Shown here piece by piece: positions 1 through 9,438 of a stretch of DNA of 64,000 bases. Within the stretch, counting starts at the first letter, position 1, and every line of letters begins with the position of its first letter. Source of the stretch: Patescibacteria group bacterium (GTDB lineage Bacteria > Patescibacteriota > JABMPQ01 > JAHIRA01); NCBI GenBank assembly GCA_018818205.1, contig JAHISJ010000002.1:3895-67894 (forward strand), written 5' to 3'. Below the pieces are notes generated by a model. That model did not search any database. It had not been told where the DNA came from and saw only the letters and a list, made by a program, of their open reading frames with translations. The position numbers and the translations under genes are program-made.

Positions 1-1
1 A

Positions 2-166
2 GAAGGCGACCTTTTTACCAAGACCGTTTTGCTTGGGTTTCTCATTGCCTTTATCGCGATTTTAGTGCAGTACCTTACGTTTTCTATTTTGTATATCATG
101 CATGTCTGGTTTGTGATTGGTATGCTTGTTGCACTGCAAAATATGCTTCTTGCTGACAAAAAATAA
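2..166 (+). CDS. 3' fragment of a hydrophobic (membrane) protein; 5' end lies outside the window
   Basis: Open frame from the window edge to TAA at 164-166. The translated tail ...ILVQYLTFSILYIMHVWFVIGMLVALQNMLLADKK is strongly hydrophobic. No family recognised. Confidence 0.3.
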   Translation, partial: EGDLFTKTVLLGFLIAFIAILVQYLTFSILYIMHVWFVIGMLVALQNMLLADKK

Positions 167-228
167 GCAAAAAAATCCTCCGTGAATCCCGGGTGGGTTC
201 CACGAAGGGGTGTGTGCAAAGAAATGCA

Positions 229-453
229 CTACAACGCTTTCCTTGGATTATGAATAAATCCCAAGGAAAAGCATACAATAATAGCGATGAACGTGAACGT
301 GAAGAAGAGCTTTTGATGCAATAAATCAGACCAGAGAGTAACGATACTTCTTGAACCTTCTGCTCCAGCAAGTAATAAGCAACTCGTTAACATCAACACA
401 AGAACCGCACCAATCACAACAACCACGCCATTCAGAACTCTTTGCTTCAGCAT
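229..453 (-). CDS. small two-helix membrane protein (hypothetical)
   Basis: 74-aa ORF with two hydrophobic helices. A canonical AAGGAGG Shine-Dalgarno sits about 8 nt upstream of the ATG (reverse complement of 454-470). Confidence 0.45.
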   Translation of the reverse strand: MLKQRVLNGVVVVIGAVLVLMLTSCLLLAGAEGSRSIVTLWSDLLHQKLFFTFTFIAIIVCFSLGFIHNPRKAL

Positions 454-528
454 GTGACAATCCTCCTTAAAAAAGAAAAATACAATTACTCAACACTTTT
501 GTTAAGCATCGCATTTTAACATAAAATA

Positions 529-1968
529 GTGAAATTGTCAACCCATTTTTCGCAAGCTAAAGCTTATGTCATAGATAATAAATGGCTCTTTGCTATTTTG
601 GTTATTGCTGCTTTTTTAAGGCTTTTTAGCCTTGAAAACTGGCTTCATTTCTCGGGAGATGAAGCACGTGATTTGTTTACAGTACGTTCGATTCTTGAAG
701 ATGGCATACAGCTAGTAGGTCCACCAACATCGCTTGGAAACATTTTTTTAGGTCCTTTTTTTTATTATTTTTCGCTCCCTTTTTATTTTCTTGCCTCAGG
801 GAGCCCCGTTGGGCCTGCGATTGGCGTTGCGCTTCTTGATGTAGTGACAGTAGTACTTATGTACGTGTTCTCTAAGCGACATTTTTCTAAAAATGCGGCA
901 ATAATAGCGTCTTTGCTATACGCTACGGCGTTTACCGTTTTAGTACATGCACGATGGGCATGGAATCCCAACATCATGCCATTTCTTGTCGTAGCTCTCT
1001 TTTTAACGCTCTCCTCCATCTTTTTTTCTAAAACAAGGCAAGGATGGCGCTATTCTACTCGATTTGTGCTTCTTGGCATTATAGTTGGACTGTCGCTTCA
1101 ATCGCACGCGCAAGGTATATGGCTGGTAATTCTTGTAAGTCTTGTCCTGCTTTGGAATAGAACAAAAATTCTTGGCTGGATACTTACCGTTGCTGCGCTT
1201 TTAAGTACGCATATCCCGCTTATTGTGTATGAGGCAAAAACGGGAGGGAACAAAGAAGCATTACGTACATGGATTGCGGAAACACGAACAAGAATACCAT
1301 TGTTTGAGCGTGTAAAAACCGGAGTAGTCGATTTTGTTGAAATAATCAAAGAAATAGTGCTTGGCAATGCATCTTGGACTGTTTTTTTGCTGCTCATTGT
1401 CTTACCACTTATCGTTTTACTTATAGTATATAGAGAGAGAATCAAAACGATTTTCATAGAGAAAAGAATGAGCGAAAAAACTCTTTTTGCACTTGTTTTG
1501 ATCTCTATAACCGGACTACTGACGCTCATTTCATTTTTTCTCTTTGCAGAAAAGAAGTATGTCCATTACACGATAATACTCTTTGTTCCTGTGTTTATTG
1601 GGCTTGGATATGGATTCTCTCTTTTCTTTCGTAGTAGAAAGAAAATCGGCAGCGTATGCGGTGTAGTAGTTATTGCTGCACTTATTGGTATTAATATAGC
1701 AACTTTTTATACAAGTGAAGGATTTTCTGGAAAACAGGTACCTTTTGAGGAGCTTAGATGTGTTGCGCATACTGTTTTAGAGAAAGATGAAGAGGTTTCT
1801 GTGGCTATCCAAAGCGAGCTGCTTGGCATGCAAGAACTTTCGTATGTTGTTGTGTGGCAGGGAGGAACAATACATTCAAAAGAGCCGTATCAATTTGGAG
1901 TAGCGGATGCTGCTAGGGATAGTGAAGGAGTGCAGTGTGGGTCTCTAATAGTTGTTGAGAAAAAATAA
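529..1968 (+). CDS. GT-C fold polytopic membrane glycosyltransferase, PMT/ArnT-like (GT39/GT83-type)
   Basis: 479 aa with many TM helices and an acidic D-E pair (SGDEARD) in the first extracytoplasmic loop, as in ArnT/PMT_2 enzymes. GTG start. Confidence 0.55.
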   Translation: MKLSTHFSQAKAYVIDNKWLFAILVIAAFLRLFSLENWLHFSGDEARDLFTVRSILEDGIQLVGPPTSLGNIFLGPFFYYFSLPFYFLASGSPVGPAIGVALLDVVTVVLMYVFSKRHFSKNAAIIASLLYATAFTVLVHARWAWNPNIMPFLVVALFLTLSSIFFSKTRQGWRYSTRFVLLGIIVGLSLQSHAQGIWLVILVSLVLLWNRTKILGWILTVAALLSTHIPLIVYEAKTGGNKEALRTWIAETRTRIPLFERVKTGVVDFVEIIKEIVLGNASWTVFLLLIVLPLIVLLIVYRERIKTIFIEKRMSEKTLFALVLISITGLLTLISFFLFAEKKYVHYTIILFVPVFIGLGYGFSLFFRSRKKIGSVCGVVVIAALIGINIATFYTSEGFSGKQVPFEELRCVAHTVLEKDEEVSVAIQSELLGMQELSYVVVWQGGTIHSKEPYQFGVADAARDSEGVQCGSLIVVEKK

Positions 1969-2013
1969 TAACGTGGTACTATACATAAAGGTAATTTGAT
2001 TTAAGGTAAACCA

Positions 2014-2796
2014 ATGACTGCACAAAAAAAAGGTAATAAGAAAAGTTTGCTTCTCACTGTTTTAGTCATTATTTTTGTGATCGGCGTGGGAGTGGTTGTC
2101 GGTGTTTTGATTTTTAGATCAGAAAAGACAGATACTGCTTCAGTAAGCGAACTTTTTAAAAGTGATGAAAATGGCGAGATTCAAGAAATCGAAGAACCAT
2201 CCGTAGAAGATGATCTGACAGAAGAAGAGGTGGCAGAGCTAGAAAAGAAACTTGAGGACGAGATGGAATCTGAACCAGGAACGTACGAGGGATCAGAAGC
2301 TGAACAGAGTGTAGATAAGCAGGTAAGTGAAGAGGATGAGGACGTGTTAAAGAAGGCTGTTGGAGACAAGGGGTTCGTAAACAGAGCATACGGTTACGCG
2401 TTTATTCCGCCTGAGGGATGGTATCCAGATCAAATAAATAGCGATATCTCTCCATTTATTTACTACACAACCTTTGATCCTTCTGAAGTGAAAACTGCGT
2501 CGGAAGTGCCTGGAGCTAAGATTGAAGTTATTGTCCAAGGAAATGTAAAGGATCAAACACTCGATGAGTGGATAGAAGAAGGACACGGATATATGGATGC
2601 AAAGAATACTGAGAAGATAAAAATTGGTGAGCATGATGCAGTGAAGGAAGAAGTCGATTACGAAGGGTCAATGACCGCTGTTACACTTATAAAGGAGGGC
2701 GATGTGTACACATTTGCGCTCTATGGGGACGAGGATACGTACGCAAAAAACAAAGATACCTTTGAAGAAGTAATAAAAAGCATTGTTGTTCTCTAA
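2014..2796 (+). CDS. membrane-anchored extracytoplasmic protein (hypothetical)
   Basis: N-terminal basic stretch plus one TM helix, an acidic low-complexity linker (EEPSVEDDLTEEEVAELEKKLEDE), then a roughly 150-aa globular C-terminal domain. No family recognised. Confidence 0.5.
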   Translation: MTAQKKGNKKSLLLTVLVIIFVIGVGVVVGVLIFRSEKTDTASVSELFKSDENGEIQEIEEPSVEDDLTEEEVAELEKKLEDEMESEPGTYEGSEAEQSVDKQVSEEDEDVLKKAVGDKGFVNRAYGYAFIPPEGWYPDQINSDISPFIYYTTFDPSEVKTASEVPGAKIEVIVQGNVKDQTLDEWIEEGHGYMDAKNTEKIKIGEHDAVKEEVDYEGSMTAVTLIKEGDVYTFALYGDEDTYAKNKDTFEEVIKSIVVL

Positions 2797-2855
2797 CGTG
2801 TTGTGTTACAAAAGACCTAAGGTAAAAGAGGTCTTTTGTTTTTACTTTTTAAGAA

Positions 2856-4004
2856 ATGCGGTACAATACTGATATGAAGACAGTAAACCCAAACATGAAA
2901 AAATGGATTGTAAACGGCTTCTTTGTTGCGGTCTTTTTAGGTATTTTTATTCTCTTTGCCAAGATAATTCTTCCTTTTATTACGCCCATAGTGCTTGCGA
3001 TTTTATTAGGAGCTGTGTTTTTCCCTCTCTACAAGAAGGTGCTCAAGTCTACCAAGGGCAGAGCACGAGTCGCGTCAGCGATAATGTGTGTGCTTATTGT
3101 GCTTATCGTGGTGCTCCCTTTCATTGGGTTTTTGGGAATTTTATCAAAAGAGGCGTTTGATTTTTATATTAGTACCCGGGAGCGTATAGATACCGGCTAT
3201 TATGGACAGTTGATCGATCAAAATATTTGGATTTATGAACGTGCCGCAGGGTTTTTGGAAGGGGTAAATATTCAAACCGATTTTGATTCCCAACGAGATA
3301 CGCTTTTAAACGCAGGGAAGAACGTTGCATTCTATGTGTACGATCAGGCGGGCAATTTTTTAGGAAACATTGTGCAAGCGGTATTCTTCTTTATCGCTAT
3401 TATTTTCATTCTGTACTATCTTTTTAAAGATCATAAGGTGATTGCAAAAACGCTTATGGATCTCTCACCGCTTCCGGATCACTTGGAGCTAAAGCTGGTA
3501 AAACGGGTAGCAGTGGTAGGAAAGGCCGTAGTCTTTGGTAATATGATTACTGCGTTTGTGCAAGGAGTGCTCGGCGGTATTGGATTTTTAGCATTTGGAC
3601 TTGGAAACAGTATTTTTTGGGGGACGGTTATTGGTATTGCATCACTCATCCCATCGGTTGGTGTGTTTGTTGTGGCAATCCCCGCATCCCTTATCTTTTT
3701 TGTGCAGGGCAAAGTGTGGATTGGTATAGGTTTCTTAGCGTATAATTTGCTTATTGTGGGGTCTGTTGACAATATTATGAAGCCAAAGCTCATTGAATCT
3801 AAAATTAATCTCCATCCATTGTTGGTGTTTCTTGGCGTGCTTGGCGGTATGATTGCATTTGGACCACTCGGTATTATTTATGGACCGCTTATTGTTACCC
3901 TTTTTGTGTCTTTCTTGAGTATTTACAAAGACTACTTCCGTGATGGTGAGTTTCATGAAGAGCCAAACAGGAAGCAGTCGCAGTTAGTAAAAACAAAAGC
4001 CTAA
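2856..4004 (+). CDS. AI-2E family transporter (UPF0118/PerM-like)
   Basis: Eight-TM pattern and conserved C-terminal segment (KRVAVVGKAVVFGNMITAFVQGVLGGIGFLAFGL) typical of PF01594. The start may instead be the MKTV or MKKW codon 18-42 nt downstream. Confidence 0.7.
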   Translation: MRYNTDMKTVNPNMKKWIVNGFFVAVFLGIFILFAKIILPFITPIVLAILLGAVFFPLYKKVLKSTKGRARVASAIMCVLIVLIVVLPFIGFLGILSKEAFDFYISTRERIDTGYYGQLIDQNIWIYERAAGFLEGVNIQTDFDSQRDTLLNAGKNVAFYVYDQAGNFLGNIVQAVFFFIAIIFILYYLFKDHKVIAKTLMDLSPLPDHLELKLVKRVAVVGKAVVFGNMITAFVQGVLGGIGFLAFGLGNSIFWGTVIGIASLIPSVGVFVVAIPASLIFFVQGKVWIGIGFLAYNLLIVGSVDNIMKPKLIESKINLHPLLVFLGVLGGMIAFGPLGIIYGPLIVTLFVSFLSIYKDYFRDGEFHEEPNRKQSQLVKTKA

Positions 4005-4013
4005 ACGTAGACC

Positions 4014-5834
4014 ATGAAGAAATTTTTTGCGTACGTTGATAAGCATTCAGGGTTCTTTGCAGGGATTTTGCTTACCATTATGGTTCTCCTGTCATTTTTC
4101 AGTATGTATTACGATTCGGCGATAATGGATGAGGTTGCTCATGTCCCTGCAGGATATAGTTATGATAAATACCATGACTATAGGTTAAACCCCGAACATC
4201 CGCCGCTTGCAAAGGCACTTTCCGGTGTACCGCTACTCTTCCAGAAAATGGTGTTTCCGGTAGATCTCCCTGATTGGAGTGAGAAGATCAATGGGCAATG
4301 GGAAGTTGGCTGGAAGTTTTTGTATGAGCGGGGGAATGACCCCGACACTATTTTGCTTTCTTCTCGTATTCCAATGCTCCTGATTATGGTGGTGCTGGGG
4401 ATATACTTGTATCTTTGGACCAAGAAACTCTTTGGGAGAAAAGCCGCGGTACTGGCCATGATACTTTTTGCCTTTTCACCAAATCTTATTGCACATTCTA
4501 GGTTTGTCACCACTGACATTGCGGCAACACTGGGTGTAATGATGGGGCTCTACCACTTTGTAAACTACTTAAAAAAACCCACATGGTCCAACATTCTTAT
4601 TGCAATGGTTGCGCTTTCTGTGGCTCAATTACTTAAATTTTCTTGTTTTGTGCTCTATCCTATGATGGGGCTCATTTTACTGTTTGTACTCTTTTACAAA
4701 AAGAAGCCGGCATCATGGCTCCATTATGTAAGCTCGTTTGTACTTATGTGTTTAGGGAGTTTGGTCATTATCAACCTTGTCTATTTACCGTTTATTTATA
4801 AAATGCCCGTTGAACTGCAGCATGAGACAATCTCATACTATTTTCCTGTGATGGAAACCACAGATGCAAAAGAGTTGGTTGGTCAGTATGGGCAGCAGAT
4901 TATGCATACACTTACCAATAGTCCTATTACACGACCGTTTGCATACTATCTCCTGGGTCTCTTCATGGTGTTTGTTCGGGTAACTAGCGGGAACACAACG
5001 TACTTTCTTGGCGAGACATCAAATCAATCGTGGTGGTATTTTTATCCGGTGGCAATTGCTATAAAAACACCAATCGTTACACTCCTTTTGACGCTTGGCG
5101 CACTCATTTTTTCTGTAGGACTTGGTGTGCGGTTTGGCAAGAAATTGTTTACGGATCTGCCAAAAGGAATATGGAGAAAAACAAAAACCATTTGGAATAG
5201 AAAATTTCAAGCCGTATGGAACACGCTTGATCAGTGGGTGGCCATCTTTGTTATTGTATTGTTTGTGGGAACGGGGATTGTAGGCAATCTCAATATTGGG
5301 CTCAGGCACATGTTTCCTATGTATCCGTTTTGGTTTATGCTTATTGCCGGTGCGTTTGTGCTGATGCATACTATGCTTAAGGGTAAGGTACGTTTTGCAA
5401 GCAATGTTGTTATCTCAATTTTGGTCGTCTTATATGTCGCAACAAACCTCATGGTGTTCCCCCACTATTTGGCTTACTTCAATGAACTAATTGGTGGTCC
5501 ACAGAATGGCTACAAATATATGGTCGATTCTAACCTTGATTGGGGGCAGGATTTACGAAGGCTTACACAGTTTGTAGATGAAAACAATATTGATGAGATT
5601 AAAGTGGATTATTTTGGCGGAGGAGATCCACACTATTATCTCAAAGATAGATACGTGGAATGGCACGCAAACGATGGTAAAACGACCGGATGGATTGCAG
5701 TGTCTGCTACCTATTTTCAAAACAGCAAATACTATTCACGCGTGCGTGGAGAAGAGGATTACTCGTGGCTTGAGGCGTATGAACCAGAGGCTATAATCGG
5801 GCACTCTATCTTGGTTTACAACATCAATAAGTAA
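4014..5834 (+). CDS. GT-C fold membrane glycosyltransferase, PMT_2/ArnT-like (GT39/GT83-type)
   Basis: 606 aa. The N-terminal loop motif MDEVAHVPAGYSY...NPEHPPLAKAL matches the DE and PxxHPPL signatures of PMT/ArnT-family enzymes. Twelve or more TM helices. Confidence 0.65.
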   Translation: MKKFFAYVDKHSGFFAGILLTIMVLLSFFSMYYDSAIMDEVAHVPAGYSYDKYHDYRLNPEHPPLAKALSGVPLLFQKMVFPVDLPDWSEKINGQWEVGWKFLYERGNDPDTILLSSRIPMLLIMVVLGIYLYLWTKKLFGRKAAVLAMILFAFSPNLIAHSRFVTTDIAATLGVMMGLYHFVNYLKKPTWSNILIAMVALSVAQLLKFSCFVLYPMMGLILLFVLFYKKKPASWLHYVSSFVLMCLGSLVIINLVYLPFIYKMPVELQHETISYYFPVMETTDAKELVGQYGQQIMHTLTNSPITRPFAYYLLGLFMVFVRVTSGNTTYFLGETSNQSWWYFYPVAIAIKTPIVTLLLTLGALIFSVGLGVRFGKKLFTDLPKGIWRKTKTIWNRKFQAVWNTLDQWVAIFVIVLFVGTGIVGNLNIGLRHMFPMYPFWFMLIAGAFVLMHTMLKGKVRFASNVVISILVVLYVATNLMVFPHYLAYFNELIGGPQNGYKYMVDSNLDWGQDLRRLTQFVDENNIDEIKVDYFGGGDPHYYLKDRYVEWHANDGKTTGWIAVSATYFQNSKYYSRVRGEEDYSWLEAYEPEAIIGHSILVYNINK

Positions 5835-5835
5835 C

Positions 5836-7122
5836 ATGGATCTTATACTCATCGGCTGTGGCTTACTGCTCTATGTATTTTTTTCGTACTTAAAACCAAA
5901 AATAGCTTTTGCCGTTTTAGGAGCCTCGCTTCCGTTGTATCTCATACGGTTTTCAGTTGCAGGAATTCCTTTTACGGTGCTTGAAGGAATGATTTTGGTG
6001 TTGCTTATAGTGTGCATTGCTCGTTCAATGGTAAAAAAAACGTTAATCAGTCAAGCAAGAGATCTTATTGCTTCGTACAAAACGTTGATAGTGCTCTGTG
6101 CGTTACTGCTCCTCTTTTCAGGAATTGCCGCAGTGTATGCGGTTAACGTAAGTGCGGCACTTGGCATATATAAGGCGTACTTTGTTGAGCCGATCATTGT
6201 GTTGTTCTTGTTTTTAACACTTATACAAAGAAAAAAAGATGTTTTGAATGTTCTTTATGGCATTTCCCTGTCCGTTGGCATAGTCTCGATTACTGCAATT
6301 ATTCAATATTTTTTTGTTATTGGTATTCCAGAAGGGTATATTGAACCAGTCAAGCGTGCAACGTCTTTTTTTCCGTATCCAGCGGCACTCGCATTGTTTT
6401 TGACACCGTTTTTAGTGTTGCTTGTAGTACTTCTATGTAAGAATTTTTTTGAAAGTGTGTGGGCAAAGTATAGTATTGCATGCATGACGCTTCTTGGTAT
6501 TGTTGCTTTGGTTCTCTCGCGGGCAGAAGGAGGCATTGGCGCGCTATTTGTCGTGCTATTTATCTTCGGACTTTTTACTAAGGTGAGATGGTACGTTCTT
6601 ACTGCAGGAGTCGTTGGTGTGTTGCTAACTCTATTTGTGCCGACACTAAGAATGCAAGCAATAGAGATACTTACTTTTCAGGATGTTTCGGGCGAGGTGC
6701 GGTTAGCACTCTGGGAGGGGACAGCAAATCTCATAAAAGCACAGCCTATTAAAGGCGCAGGCCTTGCCTCATTCCCTGAAGTCTATGAGCAATACAAGCT
6801 TGCGCGGCATACAGAGCTTCTAGTATATCCGCACAACATTGTGCTCAATTTTTGGGTAGAAATAGGGCTTTTGGGGTTACTTTCGATTATAGGATTGCTT
6901 GTCTATTTCTTTAATAAAGCAGGAAAAATAATCAAAAGGTGTGCAAAAAAACAGTGGTGTGCAACTCTCAGTAGCGCCTCATTGTTTGCTATGGTTGCAC
7001 TTATTATTTACGGACTGGTTGAAGTACCTTTTTTTAAAAATGATCTCTCTGTGCAGTTTTTTCTTGTTATTGGGCTTGGCGTAATGTGTTTAGTAAAACA
7101 AAAAGAGTGTCAATCCTCTTGA
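5836..7122 (+). CDS. O-antigen ligase-like (Wzy_C/WaaL family) membrane protein
   Basis: Polytopic membrane protein carrying the Wzy_C signature region (LLVYPHNIVLNFWVEIGLLGLL) with the conserved His. Directly follows the GT-C gene. Confidence 0.6.
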   Translation: MDLILIGCGLLLYVFFSYLKPKIAFAVLGASLPLYLIRFSVAGIPFTVLEGMILVLLIVCIARSMVKKTLISQARDLIASYKTLIVLCALLLLFSGIAAVYAVNVSAALGIYKAYFVEPIIVLFLFLTLIQRKKDVLNVLYGISLSVGIVSITAIIQYFFVIGIPEGYIEPVKRATSFFPYPAALALFLTPFLVLLVVLLCKNFFESVWAKYSIACMTLLGIVALVLSRAEGGIGALFVVLFIFGLFTKVRWYVLTAGVVGVLLTLFVPTLRMQAIEILTFQDVSGEVRLALWEGTANLIKAQPIKGAGLASFPEVYEQYKLARHTELLVYPHNIVLNFWVEIGLLGLLSIIGLLVYFFNKAGKIIKRCAKKQWCATLSSASLFAMVALIIYGLVEVPFFKNDLSVQFFLVIGLGVMCLVKQKECQSS

Positions 7123-7183
7123 CTTTAGCAGGTTTTTTGTTAGGATAGGGGCATCTTTTGACCCCATATTCCAAGGAGGAATT

Positions 7184-7657
7184 ATGAATGAAAAAGGATT
7201 CGCAGTAGTAATTAGCGATCAAAAACTAAGCACAACGTTTAGCGAAAAACTTAGGCAATTAGGCTTTAAAATTGTTTCGATTGAGTCTATTTTTGCAACG
7301 CAGTGTGAAAGTGCTTATATCGCTAAAAAAATGCATGAGGTGATAGGCGTATTTGCAGGTAGCATTCATATCTTTTTTTTGAATGCCGCTGGCATGGACT
7401 CAGAATATGCTTTTGAGCGTATCACTACTAGTATTGCGATCTTTCGAAAAAAACTTACCCCGCAGCAGCGTAAAAAAGTTACCTTTACTCTTTGCGACGA
7501 TGATCCCTTAGCAATGGTTGGGTCTTTTAGTCAGATGGGTGTGTTATTGTTAGCCCCTCCTCAAGGTGCGGGTCGCAGCGGTTGCTGTGGAGGAGAACGC
7601 TCAGAAGAAGAGAAAGATCATGAGTGCCAATGTCCTGGAGGGGGCGGGACAAAATAA
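7184..7657 (+). CDS. hypothetical protein with a Cys/Gly-rich C-terminal tail; possible degenerate receiver-like fold
   Basis: 157 aa. The segment FFLNAAGMDSEY weakly resembles the REC DxxMPxMDG region with Asn in place of the phospho-Asp. The tail reads GCCGGERSEEEKDHECQCPGGGG. Confidence 0.4.
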   Translation: MNEKGFAVVISDQKLSTTFSEKLRQLGFKIVSIESIFATQCESAYIAKKMHEVIGVFAGSIHIFFLNAAGMDSEYAFERITTSIAIFRKKLTPQQRKKVTFTLCDDDPLAMVGSFSQMGVLLLAPPQGAGRSGCCGGERSEEEKDHECQCPGGGGTK

Positions 7658-7686
7658 TGTTTAAAAAATACGAAGAACAGTTTGTG

Positions 7687-7714
7687 GCAAGAGAGACCTC
7701 TCTTGCCTTTTTTT
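7687..7714 (+). terminator. rho-independent terminator
   Basis: Hairpin GGCAAGAGAG-ACC-TCTCTTGCC followed by a T7 run. Confidence 0.6.
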
Positions 7715-7739
7715 GTAGCGTGCTCTTGAAAAAAGTACA

Positions 7740-8249
7740 GTGCTATGGTACGTTTATAAGCTTACATTTTTTGAAGGAGGATTCATGAAAAAGAAGGTAA
7801 AAATGTTTATTTTTACACTAGATTCTGTTGAGGCTGAGCTTATCAATCGTGCTGCAGGCAAGCTGTCCATTTCTGTTGGTGGCGTTTTCAATTTAACAGA
7901 TATCCATAGCAAGTATGAAGTTCTTGCACATAAATGTTTTGAAACGTTGCTCTCTGACCCCGACGCATTCTGGATCATTACTATGGAGATGGGATGGACA
8001 TCTAATGGCCTTCTAGCAACGCTGCAAGCGCATAAAAATCAATATGATTGTGTGCGACTTATGTATTATCTTAGCGGTATGCTTTCTGCTGAGATGCGAT
8101 CAAGAGTGCATATTATTCTTATGGATGCAGATGTTGAAGGTATTGATGATGCATTTCTTCCTGATCTTAAACGCACACAAATAGATGAGAAAGGAATTGA
8201 ACCAGTTCTAGGGCAGTTAATTACAGACTTTCTTGAGAATTCTTCTTAA
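7740..8249 (+). CDS. hypothetical protein
   Basis: 169-aa ORF. The real start is probably MKKKVKM at 7785. No family recognised. Its 3' end abuts the IS. Confidence 0.4.
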   Translation: MLWYVYKLTFFEGGFMKKKVKMFIFTLDSVEAELINRAAGKLSISVGGVFNLTDIHSKYEVLAHKCFETLLSDPDAFWIITMEMGWTSNGLLATLQAHKNQYDCVRLMYYLSGMLSAEMRSRVHIILMDADVEGIDDAFLPDLKRTQIDEKGIEPVLGQLITDFLENSS

Positions 8250-9301
8250 GGAACTTCAGAAACACGTATTTTCTTAGAGGCCACACGCTTCATTTGTGGT
8301 AAAGAGCCCAAAATGTTCTCTCTAACCTCTTCTGGCACTTTTAAATAACTCTAGCATCTCATTAGGTGTTTTACCATCCAGACCGCAATGCTCCAGATCA
8401 TTGTACTCGTTGTTCCATCTTCGTATTCTTCTCTTGAGAGATAAAACAGAGTTAAATGTATACCTAGAATAGACCTTCTCCTGATCTTCCCGGTGACTTC
8501 TCTCAACCGTACCATTTTGAGCAGGCTTCCCCGGATCAATGAGATAGTGCACTATGTGGTGCTTTGCACAGAAGCGATCTAGTGCATGAATTCTTTTTAC
8601 CGTCATGTCTGATCTCTTGTTCGTCCCCGTGTAGTAGTTGGTGAATGTAGAGTGATTATCGGTCTTAATGGCATCTATTTTAGAAGGAAACCGATTCATT
8701 ACTTCTTTGAGAAACAGAATGGAGTGATAACTTGATTGTTCATCATAGATCTTTAAGTATCTCCACCTGCTTGCAGTGTCAATGGCTGTATATTGGTAGT
8801 ACTTATGGCCTGCTATTGGTCCTGGAACGTGTTTAACGTCAATCTCGAGCAATTCTCCCGGTTTCCTCTGAGCTTTGATGTACGTGCACCTCACCTTCTT
8901 CTTCCGGTACGTTCTTACCAGTCCTTCCTTCTTGATGATCTTCCCAATGGTTCTGACCGGAACCTTAACGCCTTCTTTATTCAATCTCCAGTTCAGTTTC
9001 TGAGCACAGAGACTCGTTTTCTTACGAAGCGCAATCACCTGTTCTTTAACCGCAATAGATGTTTCATTATGATAGCGTTTTGGTTCAGTTGACTTGGGTT
9101 CTAAACCACTCTCGCCAACCTTTCGGTACACCGAGACCCATCGCTCAAGACTTCTTTTACTGTACGGGCACACCTTAGCGGCATCTACGAGCTTAATCTC
9201 CTTATTCACAATGGGCAAAACCCATCGCAGTCGTTCTTCTCTAATTGTTGTAGACATAGTAATACACATAGTATTCTCAGGAAAGCATATCCTGAGAATA
9301 C
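8233..9301 (-). mobile_element. IS481-family insertion sequence (boundaries approximate)
   Basis: Single DDE transposase ORF. Candidate imperfect terminal repeats are TTCTTGAGAATTC (8233-8245) and GTATTCTCAGGA/TCCTGAGAATAC (9271-9301). Target-site duplications were not resolved. Confidence 0.45.
8322..9269 (-). CDS. IS481-family DDE transposase (N-terminal HTH plus rve integrase core)
   Basis: N-terminal HTH region, catalytic triad context (IDVKH, TDNHSTF, NGTVERSHRE) and a C-terminal basic tail. The start could also be MSTTIREE at 9257. Confidence 0.8.
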   Translation of the reverse strand: MCITMSTTIREERLRWVLPIVNKEIKLVDAAKVCPYSKRSLERWVSVYRKVGESGLEPKSTEPKRYHNETSIAVKEQVIALRKKTSLCAQKLNWRLNKEGVKVPVRTIGKIIKKEGLVRTYRKKKVRCTYIKAQRKPGELLEIDVKHVPGPIAGHKYYQYTAIDTASRWRYLKIYDEQSSYHSILFLKEVMNRFPSKIDAIKTDNHSTFTNYYTGTNKRSDMTVKRIHALDRFCAKHHIVHYLIDPGKPAQNGTVERSHREDQEKVYSRYTFNSVLSLKRRIRRWNNEYNDLEHCGLDGKTPNEMLELFKSARRG

Positions 9302-9333
9302 CGCCATATGTGTGTGCACATTACCGAAATGTC

Positions 9334-9362
9334 TTGACAAAAACAATATCATGTGCTAAAAT
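9334..9362 (+). promoter_or_regulatory. sigma70-like promoter (TTGACA-17-TAAAAT)
   Basis: Consensus -35 and a good -10 with 17-nt spacing, about 75 nt upstream of the RBS/ATG at 9439. Confidence 0.45.
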
Positions 9363-9438
9363 CCCATTTGTTATTGTACTTTCCAGATGCGGTAGTGTCC
9401 ATTGTGGGTGCTGCTGTGAATGGAAAATAGGAGGAATC

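Noticed and set aside
96-371. 91-aa minus-strand ORF overlapping 229-453
   Set aside because: It overlaps in a different frame the ORF that has a canonical RBS, and has no RBS or hydropathy pattern of its own.
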